A stretch of DNA of 64,000 nucleotides from Candidatus Omnitrophota bacterium (GCA_041653795.1 JBAZER010000004.1:8493-72492); one strand, 5' to 3'. Numbered from the stretch's first letter, positions 26,452 through 33,142 are shown. Notes: generated by a model from the sequence alone, not told the origin. Numbers and translations are program-made.

Positions 26452-28095
26452 TTAATTGTCGTATTCTGGAAGATCTCGATACAATTCAGTAATATTAATT
26501 GGCTCTAATGGAATAAAGTAATTCCCCCTCAAAGAAGCATCTTGCAATGCCCTGTAAGTGCCCCTTATGTCCGCTCTTACAAATGGTTGAACTTTATCTC
26601 TAATGTGTGGCGCATAGGGGAGCTCGTGTATAGCAATCATGCCGTTTCTTTGGGTGATATAATGTTTTAATTTTTTAAATCGCTTTGCCAAATAAACTCT
26701 ATCCTCCGCACTACCACAAGCACCCAGATACAACAATGCTCCAGACAATAAGGGCACGGATTTCGTTCCCTTAACAATCTGCTTCGCGAGGTTTATTAAT
26801 TTAGTATTGGAATATTTGTGCGCCACGAACAACTGCCACAAGAGATAACTTTGCCAGCTATAAATGTTCTTTTCTCGGTCAAGCATAATCTTCACTAACT
26901 CTTTTAAATTTTTTGGGGTTAGATCCACAGACTTCAAATATCTTATAAAACTGTCACTAGAACATGGCTGTTCAGACAACTGACGGATTACAGATCGCGT
27001 GATTTTTTTAAAATCAAATCCTCGCTTTGCTTCTTTGCAAAGCGCAATCTTTTCGAGTCTGTGTATGCAAAATCTAAATTCTCTTGCTTGCGTTTTCTTC
27101 GCCCTAATTAATTCTAATGCATATGCTTTCAACAAAGGAAAACTCTGTTGCACGGTGCTCCGCCTATGCGACTTAAATAGTTGATCTATTTGTTCAACTT
27201 TTCTATTTGGTTTCCTTATATAGTTTTCGATTTCCTTTGTGTTTTGGTGAAGGATGAGAGTCTTTTGCGCATTTACATTCAAGCCTATTTTTCTAAGTTC
27301 AATTATTACTTCCTTAAGAATTTTTCGGGCGCTATATTTCGAATCGCACACTATGCGCATATCGTCTGCATACCGAACATACTTATAGCCTTTGCTTACC
27401 ATAGCCTTATCAACTCTGTGCATTAAAACATTTGCTAAAAAAGAAGATGCATCCCTGTTTTGAGGAATTCCATGCTTTTTGTATGGCGTCCAAGCTCTTA
27501 GTAGTCGGGAAATGATTTCGACTGTTTTCTGAATTCGTCGAACCTGCGTTTTTCCTAAGCAAAGGTTAGGCAATTCATCAATTAATGCTTTTTGAATATC
27601 GCTGATTCTAATATTCTCATAAAAATTTTGGATGTCGGAAACCAATAAAACATCCGTCTTTTTTCGAAGTTTTGTTTTCGCAGCATCCTCAAATTTAGTC
27701 CACTGACTAGGCGCGTTCAGAAACATATATTTATTTTTTGGCTTTTTTGTCCACCTGTGGCTAAAAACCGATGGTGAAAGCAATTTATCATAAAAGCGTA
27801 TCAGATAGTTCGCCGCCCCATGGTACAAGAGCCTGTCATGAATTGTCGTTTCCAAAGAGTATCGTAAGGTGAAACCCTTTTTGGGAATATTGTATTGCTC
27901 TGACTTTGCAGGGAAATACTTCAATTGCGGCTTCTTGTTATGTTTCATAAAATGGCCAAGAATTTTATCGGCCCGCAATGCATCTCCATAAATAAGCGTG
28001 TCCGGAAACCAATCATCTTTTAAATCGCACTTCATTTGCTTGACCAATACATCTATATTGAACGGAATGCCTTCTATTGTTATTGAGCGGTTCAT
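26452..28095 (-). CDS. reverse transcriptase (non-LTR prokaryotic type, Abi/UG-like) with a helical C-terminal domain
   Basis: 547 aa. IPKKGFTLRYSLETTIHDRLLY (RT1/2), LVSDIQNFYENI (RT3/A), GIPQNRDASSFLANVLM (RT4/B), YVRYADDMRIVC (RT5/C, YADD), LNVNAQKT (RT6/7). About 250 aa of helical repeats follow the palm. Confidence 0.85.
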   Translation of the reverse strand: MNRSITIEGIPFNIDVLVKQMKCDLKDDWFPDTLIYGDALRADKILGHFMKHNKKPQLKYFPAKSEQYNIPKKGFTLRYSLETTIHDRLLYHGAANYLIRFYDKLLSPSVFSHRWTKKPKNKYMFLNAPSQWTKFEDAAKTKLRKKTDVLLVSDIQNFYENIRISDIQKALIDELPNLCLGKTQVRRIQKTVEIISRLLRAWTPYKKHGIPQNRDASSFLANVLMHRVDKAMVSKGYKYVRYADDMRIVCDSKYSARKILKEVIIELRKIGLNVNAQKTLILHQNTKEIENYIRKPNRKVEQIDQLFKSHRRSTVQQSFPLLKAYALELIRAKKTQAREFRFCIHRLEKIALCKEAKRGFDFKKITRSVIRQLSEQPCSSDSFIRYLKSVDLTPKNLKELVKIMLDREKNIYSWQSYLLWQLFVAHKYSNTKLINLAKQIVKGTKSVPLLSGALLYLGACGSAEDRVYLAKRFKKLKHYITQRNGMIAIHELPYAPHIRDKVQPFVRADIRGTYRALQDASLRGNYFIPLEPINITELYRDLPEYDN

Positions 28096-28195
28096 GGTTA
28101 TCTATGGTTTCCTAAATTAACCTATTAGCTTAATTCGAAAAAACTCCAGAGATTTATTGCTTGATTCTATTCCCTCACCAGTAGAACCGGCATAT

Positions 28196-28345
28196 TTACC
28201 ACGGTATTTTGATCCCCGCCTCAATCGCGGTCTCCTTCATGGATTCACGGAAGCGGACAAAGGTCTTGGCGTTCCCTTCAAAGAGGTCCTTGGTGAGGAC
28301 GACTTCCACGCCCAACGGGTCCCCTTCCTTGCTCGTCAGGTTCAT
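28196..28345 (-). CDS. 49-aa hypothetical ORF between the promoter-like module and the RT gene
   Basis: Below the ORF-track cutoff. Hand translation MNLTSKEGDPLGVEVVLTKDLFEGNAKTFVRFRESMKETAIEAGIKIPW*. No Shine-Dalgarno seen. Confidence 0.25.
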   Translation of the reverse strand: MNLTSKEGDPLGVEVVLTKDLFEGNAKTFVRFRESMKETAIEAGIKIPW

Positions 28346-28382
28346 TCGAATGGTACACCGGGTACCGTTCTATGGCAGAGCC

Positions 28383-28420
28383 ATTCTCGCAGAATCGATC
28401 GCCCACCGCAAGCAGGACGG
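28383..28420 (-). promoter_or_regulatory. conserved promoter-like module TTGCGG-N17-GAGAAT with the ATTCTcgcAGAAT palindrome (copy 3)
   Basis: Minus strand: TTGCGG (28411-28406), 17 nt, GAGAAT (28388-28383). The same module is at 21451-21486; the palindrome alone is at 18121-18137. Confidence 0.35.
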
Positions 28421-28488
28421 AAATCTTGAGGGGATCCCACTTTAGGTTGTTATCTTGAAAGCAATTCCAATGCGTTTCGTCACCGCTC

Positions 28489-28526
28489 AGATCGCCCCAG
28501 CGAGGCGATCTTCGCTCGCGCGTTCG
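28489..28526 (+). repeat. family H hairpin
   Basis: AGATCGCC-CCAGCGA-GGCGATCT-TCGCTCGCGCGTTCG. Confidence 0.5.
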
Positions 28527-28535
28527 ACTGCACTC

Positions 28536-28686
28536 GGCGGACAGGAGTCGTCACGAGACAGCTCTCGGAGCTGATGGGAGCTTGGTTCCGTTCACTCGAG
28601 AACGGATCCCATCAGCGAGAGCGCAAGCTGGCACTCGTCGCAGGAGCGAGTGAACAGCCGGTGTCGAGAGACGATTCCTGTCCGCC
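28536..28686. other. 151-nt highly structured element (17-bp closing helix + two internal hairpins); ncRNA or MITE candidate
   Basis: GGCGGACAGGAGTCGTC (28536-28552) pairs with GACGATTCCTGTCCGCC (28670-28686), 16 Watson-Crick pairs plus 1 G-T. Internal hairpins at 28561-28622 and 28627-28658. Confidence 0.35.
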
Positions 28687-28878
28687 ACCCTGCCCGTTTT
28701 GTCTCACGAGCGTGCCTCCTCGCACTGGGATTGCTTCCCAAATACAGTCATGCACCTGTTCCGTTCAGCTTTCTTGATTTTAGTTGCGTTCCCGAGTACC
28801 ATCCTAGTCTTAGATTTTGTTTTATAGGTGGCGACAACACTGATTTTAATTAAGATTGGGACGAGGAGCGGGGAGAAA

Positions 28879-29757
28879 ATGATCGAGGTCTTGCTGGACG
28901 CTTTAAAAGATACGCTTGCGATGATGCCGTGGCTTTTGGGGATCTATATCGCGCTCGAGGTCCTTGAGAACAGGTCGGAATCTTTCATCGGAGAGAAGAT
29001 CAGTCACAAGATGGGGGCGGCGCCTTTTTTGGGCGCGCTTTTTGGCTGTATGCCCCAATGTGGTTTCTCGGTCATCGCCGCCACGCTTTATGCCCGCAGG
29101 TGTATCTCGATGGGAACGCTTCTCGCCGTTTTCGTTTCAACCTCGGATGAGGCGATCCCGGTCATCCTCGCCCAGCACGACAAAGCCTCGCTGGTTCTTT
29201 GGCTTTTGCTCGTGAAAGTGATCATCGCAACGATCGCCGGATATACAATCGATCTTATTTTTAAAAGAGACCCCTCCAGAGAACCGCATCCCCCGCACGC
29301 CCCCGTTGTTCCCGAGGGAGGGCACCGGTACTGCGACTGCCATGCTCACGGCCGGGGGATCCCCCGGTGGAAAGCTTTCTTTCTTTTTCCGTTAAAACAC
29401 ACGCTGAAAATTTCATTTTTTATTTTCGCGGTTTCGCTCGCAATCGGCCTTCTGGTTGCAAACTTCGGAGAAGAAAGCCTCGGACGCGTTTTTTTCGCCG
29501 GAACTTTTTTTCAGCCTCTAATCGCGGTTCTGGTGGGACTTATCCCGAATTGCGCGGCCTCGGTCGCGATCACCGAGGTCTATCTCAAAGGCGCCATCAC
29601 CTTCGGCTCGGCTATCGCGGGCCTTTCGGCGAGCGGCGGCCTTGGCACACTGGTCCTTTTAAAGGAGAACAAAGATCGTAAAGAAACCGTCCTGATCATC
29701 GGCTTGCTCGTCCTCGTGAGCCTCACCGCCGGGATTCTGTTGAATCTTTTTCTTTAA
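28879..29757 (+). CDS. putative 10-TM metal exporter (ArsP_2/DUF2899-like)
   Basis: ORF 28828..29757; start taken at MIEVLLDAL after GGAGCGGGGAG. MPQCGFSVIAATLY and FVSTSDEAIPVILA resemble this family. Confidence 0.55.
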   Translation: MIEVLLDALKDTLAMMPWLLGIYIALEVLENRSESFIGEKISHKMGAAPFLGALFGCMPQCGFSVIAATLYARRCISMGTLLAVFVSTSDEAIPVILAQHDKASLVLWLLLVKVIIATIAGYTIDLIFKRDPSREPHPPHAPVVPEGGHRYCDCHAHGRGIPRWKAFFLFPLKHTLKISFFIFAVSLAIGLLVANFGEESLGRVFFAGTFFQPLIAVLVGLIPNCAASVAITEVYLKGAITFGSAIAGLSASGGLGTLVLLKENKDRKETVLIIGLLVLVSLTAGILLNLFL

Positions 29758-29781
29758 TCCCTTTCCCGCTCATTCCATTTA

Positions 29782-29855
29782 GCACTGTTCTCCATTGAAT
29801 TTCAGGGGTTAACAGTGTTATACCGCATACCCTTAAATTTGAATATTATGCGGTA
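29782..29855. repeat. family G repeat
   Basis: CACTGTTCTCCATTGAATTTCAGGGGTTAACAGTGTTATACCGCATACCCTTAAATTTGAATATTATGCGGTA; cf. 8122-8196. Confidence 0.6.
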
Positions 29856-29900
29856 TTAAGTTACAATTCCTCTTATTCTTCACCTTCCAAGGAGGCTTTT

Positions 29901-30173
29901 ATGGACTGGAAAGTTTTTTTAGCAACATTAAGCGCCATCTTTTTCGCGGAACTGGCGGACAAAACGCAGCTTGTGGGGATCACCATGGCCGCCAAGACCG
30001 GGAAGCCTCTTTCCGTATTTCTGGGTTCGATCGCGGGTTATGCGCTTGTGACGCTGATCTCCGTCGTGATCGGGACTCTCCTGGCGAAATACGTCAAGCC
30101 GGAGCTCATACGCTACACCGGCGCGACGGCATTCGTTGTCATCGGGATGTTGATGTTCTTTAATAAACTGTAA
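29901..30173 (+). CDS. UPF0016/GDT1-family (TMEM165-like) half-size cation transporter
   Basis: 90 aa; the ELADKTQ signature motif and three TM helices. Confidence 0.8.
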   Translation: MDWKVFLATLSAIFFAELADKTQLVGITMAAKTGKPLSVFLGSIAGYALVTLISVVIGTLLAKYVKPELIRYTGATAFVVIGMLMFFNKL

Positions 30174-30186
30174 CGTCCGAAAGGAC

Positions 30187-30253
30187 GTCATCCCCGAATG
30201 TTTTAATCGGGGATCCATAAACAAACCTGGATTCCCGCCTTCGCGGGAATGAC
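30187..30253. mobile_element. family C double-hairpin MITE (67 bp)
   Basis: GTCATCCCCGAATGTTTTAATCGGGGATCC..CTGGATTCCCGCCTTCGCGGGAATGAC. Confidence 0.7.
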
Positions 30254-30274
30254 AGAACAACAAAGGAGTTCCCA

Positions 30275-30358
30275 ATGACCAAAAAAGCTAAAAAAGCAGC
30301 GAAAAAGAAGACCAAGAAAGCCTCAAAAAAATCAAGTTGCGGCTGTTGCTGCGGCTAA
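30275..30358 (+). CDS. 27-aa polybasic, C-terminally Cys-rich micropeptide (candidate)
   Basis: Hand-found ORF: AAGGAG (30263-30268), 6-nt spacer, ATG. MTKKAKKAAKKKTKKASKKSSCGCCCG*. Confidence 0.4.
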   Translation: MTKKAKKAAKKKTKKASKKSSCGCCCG

Positions 30359-30491
30359 TCCGCCAAACAGTGCGGCGGACCCGTCTGCTCACGCTGTCGG
30401 ACGGACCCGCCAGCGCTTTTGCGCCAAAGGACGCATCCGTCCTACGATTTGTGGCGGAGTGGCGGGCGCAGCTTAAAAGGCCCTTTCATCA

Positions 30492-31301
30492 ATGACAAAT
30501 TCCTCTTTCACGCAATGCCCGGTCCTCTTTGAAGATGCCGACCTGCTTGTCATCGACAAGCCGGAGGGGATTCTCTCGCATCCGAATTCTTCTGGTGTCA
30601 TTCCCGAACGTTTTAATCGGGAATCCATTTCTGGATCCCCGCTAAGAACACGCGGGGATGACAATCAAAAACGACGTCCCGCCGCTGCCTTTGAAGGTCC
30701 TTATGATCTTGGGGACCGGAGATTTGAAACACCGCAGGGCCCTCTGTGGCTTGTCCATCGCCTGGATCAGGACACCTCCGGGGTGCTTCTCGCCGCAAAG
30801 AACAAGAAAAGTCTCGCGGCCTGCCGGAACGCCTTCGAGAAAAGAGCGGTAAAGAAAAACTACCTTGCCCTTGTTTCAAGACGGCCGATGCCGGCCCATG
30901 GGATATGGCGCGACACGCTCATGGAAAAACGTTCCGGCGGCGGCGTTCGTTCCGCGATCAATTATTCCGGACGGCCCAATGCTTTTTTGAATTATAAAAT
31001 GAAAGAATATTTTCCGAAGTTTAATTTGTCGCTCCTGGAGATCGAACTTTTGACCGGGAAAACACACCAGATCCGCGTGCAATCAGCCTATCGCGGCCAC
31101 CCGGTGGCCGGCGACCGGATCTACGGGAATTTCACGATCAATAAGGAACTGCGCCAAGCCCTCGATCTTCGCCGGATGTTCCTTCACGCGTGGAGGCTTG
31201 TCCTCCCGCATCCCACAAGCGGCAAGCCTCTCACGATCGAATCCCCTCTCCCCGAGGACCTCGAGAACTGTCTCCTCAGGGCTTCTTCCCCGAAACGATG
31301 A
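30492..31301 (+). CDS. RluA-family pseudouridine synthase with an in-frame MITE insert
   Basis: 269 aa; LLVIDKPEGILSHP and VHRLDQDTSGVLLAAKN motifs, KTHQIRVQ. The spacing between the KPxG and HRLD motifs is about 30 aa longer than in E. coli RluA. Confidence 0.8.
   Translation: MTNSSFTQCPVLFEDADLLVIDKPEGILSHPNSSGVIPERFNRESISGSPLRTRGDDNQKRRPAAAFEGPYDLGDRRFETPQGPLWLVHRLDQDTSGVLLAAKNKKSLAACRNAFEKRAVKKNYLALVSRRPMPAHGIWRDTLMEKRSGGGVRSAINYSGRPNAFLNYKMKEYFPKFNLSLLEIELLTGKTHQIRVQSAYRGHPVAGDRIYGNFTINKELRQALDLRRMFLHAWRLVLPHPTSGKPLTIESPLPEDLENCLLRASSPKR
30597..30662. mobile_element. family C double-hairpin MITE (66 bp = 22 codons) inside the rluA-like CDS
   Basis: GTCATTCCCGAACGTTTTAATCGGGAATCCATTTCTGGATCCCCGCTAAGAACACGCGGGGATGAC; translated as VIPERFNRESISGSPLRTRGDD. 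Confidence 0.75.
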
Positions 31302-32956
31302 AGGTCCTGCTTCTACAGCCTCCGGTCGAGGATTTCTACAATACAGACATCCGTCTCCAGCCGATCGGTCTGGCTTATTTGAAAGCCGCCGCCAAAAAAT
31401 ATCTTCCCGAAGTGCAAATCACGATCAAGGATTATCATCACGGCTGGGGCCGGCGAACGATCCCGCTCCCGCGGGAACTCGCCTATTTAAGAGATTATTA
31501 TTCCAAAGACGACAAGAGTCCTTTCTCGACTTTTCACCATTATTATCATTTCGGCGCGGATTTTGACACGATCGCCGAGGAAGTCGCCAAAGAGAAGCCG
31601 GATCTTGTCGGCATCGCCTCTCTTTTTGCGCCCTATCACCGTGAGGCCCTGCGCTGCGCTGAAGCGATTAAAAAACGTTTTTCTGTTCCCATTCTGCTCG
31701 GAGGCGCTCAAGTATCCACGATGCCGGAAACCATGCTTGCGCATCCGGCGGTCGACTTCATCATTCAGGGGGAGGGTGAAAGGCCGTTTGTGGAGTTTTT
31801 AAAATCTTGGCGGCGCAGGGGGACAGGCACCTTTTTTTTGAAAAAAGGTGCCTGTCCCCTTATCCCGAATCTGGGATATAAAAAACACGGGCGATTGGTT
31901 TTCAATCCGCGAAAAGATAACTTCCCGGTCGAAACACTTCCTTTCCCGGATCTTTCCGATCTTCCCCAGGACCATTACCTTTTCGAGAAAAAACCGCTCT
32001 GTTTTATTATCACTTCCCGCGGCTGTCCTTACCACTGTGCCTTTTGTTCGGTCCATAAAACGTTCGGCCATAAATGCCGGCGACGCTCCGCGGAAAACAT
32101 TTTCACCGAGATCAAGCAACGTTACGGTGAAGGTTATCGCGTCTTTGACTTCGAAGACGACAACCTTACGTTCGACCGGAAGGAAATGATAGAGCTTTGT
32201 GAAAAACTGATCCGGACATTCCCCCCAAAAGACATCCAGTTACTTGCCATGAACGGGGTCTGTTACTGGACACTGGACCGCGACATCCTCAGGCTCATGC
32301 GACAGGCGGGATTCACGCATTTGAATCTTTCCCTTGTAAGTACCAATACGACCCTGCTCAAGACGGTCCGACGGCCCAACTCGCTTAAAAAATACCGTGA
32401 AGTTGTCGGGAAAGCGGCAGCACTCGGCTTCAAGGTTGTCGCCTATCAGATCCTGGGGCTTCCGGGTGATACTCTTTCTTCTATGATCAAAACGCTTCTT
32501 TTTAACGCCAGGCTCCCGGTACTCCTGGGAGCTTCCCCTTTTTATCTTATTCCTCATTCTCCCATCGCCCGGCATTTCAGCGACCCGTCTGAAACGGATA
32601 TCTTCAAAGCACGCCTCACAGCCATGGCCATCGAGACAAAGGATTTCAAACGCGAGGACCTTTACACGCTTCTTATCACAACCCGTATCCTGAACTTCCT
32701 GAAAGGCCTTCCGTTCCACGCAAAAAAAACCACTTTTGCCAGGGCGTTGGCGACCGCCGCGAAGCTGGACCGCCGGTCCGCCGCGGGTGTTGAAATCTTA
32801 CAAAAACTCCTGAAAGAAAAAGTTTTTTACGCTTCCACCTCAAAGGGCCTTGAGCCTCTCCCCCATTTTAAACCCGAACTATTCTTTCAATTATGGCGGA
32901 AAATTGATATCATCACGACCCAGTCCATGATTTCTATTCATTGTAAAAAACAATAA
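31298..32956 (+). CDS. B12-binding-domain radical SAM protein
   Basis: ORF 31190..32956; ATG at 31298 gives an ATGA overlap with the rluA-like stop. N-terminal B12-like domain (VGIASLF..), radical SAM cluster CPYHCAFC. Confidence 0.8.
   Translation: MKVLLLQPPVEDFYNTDIRLQPIGLAYLKAAAKKYLPEVQITIKDYHHGWGRRTIPLPRELAYLRDYYSKDDKSPFSTFHHYYHFGADFDTIAEEVAKEKPDLVGIASLFAPYHREALRCAEAIKKRFSVPILLGGAQVSTMPETMLAHPAVDFIIQGEGERPFVEFLKSWRRRGTGTFFLKKGACPLIPNLGYKKHGRLVFNPRKDNFPVETLPFPDLSDLPQDHYLFEKKPLCFIITSRGCPYHCAFCSVHKTFGHKCRRRSAENIFTEIKQRYGEGYRVFDFEDDNLTFDRKEMIELCEKLIRTFPPKDIQLLAMNGVCYWTLDRDILRLMRQAGFTHLNLSLVSTNTTLLKTVRRPNSLKKYREVVGKAAALGFKVVAYQILGLPGDTLSSMIKTLLFNARLPVLLGASPFYLIPHSPIARHFSDPSETDIFKARLTAMAIETKDFKREDLYTLLITTRILNFLKGLPFHAKKTTFARALATAAKLDRRSAAGVEILQKLLKEKVFYASTSKGLEPLPHFKPELFFQLWRKIDIITTQSMISIHCKKQ
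31819..31859. repeat. perfect 19-bp-stem palindrome inside the radical SAM CDS
   Basis: GGGGACAGGCACCTTTTTT-ttg-AAAAAAGGTGCCTGTCCCC; translated in frame as GTGTFFLKKGACP. Confidence 0.8.
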
Positions 32957-32969
32957 GGAAATCAGGACA

Positions 32970-33095
32970 GTCCCAATACTTATCAATTTCAGCTAAACTG
33001 AAATTGGGGCAGTCCTTGTCGCCTTTTAAGAAGGGAAATAAAAGACAAGGACAGTCCAAGTCACCATTAATTGAAAACAAAATAAAGACTTGGGC
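32970..33095 (+). repeat. family B composite repeat plus two further hairpin modules
   Basis: GTCCCAATACTTATCAATTTCAGCTAAACTGAAATTGGGGC + GTCCTTGTC..GACAAGGAC + GTCCAAGTCACCATTAATTGAAAACAAAATAAAGACTTGGGC (the latter also at 21550-21605). Confidence 0.7.
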
Positions 33096-33142
33096 AGGAA
33101 AACAAGATCATCGCAATAGAATAGATTAAGGAATGAAAATTT

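Noticed and set aside
24851-28165. RT as part of a group II intron, retron or diversity-generating retroelement
   Set aside because: No maturase or endonuclease domains or intron domain V-like sequence flank the ORF. No clear msr/msd inverted repeats lie in the low-GC block. There is no Avd gene or TR/VR repeat pair. I cannot exclude a cryptic ncRNA without a covariance or RNA-seq search.
17300-28830. The accessory region as a classical integrative element, prophage or integron
   Set aside because: No integrase, recombinase, transposase, phage structural genes, tRNA attachment site or attC-like sites were found. Only local duplications and repeats are present, so the mechanism of assembly remains open.
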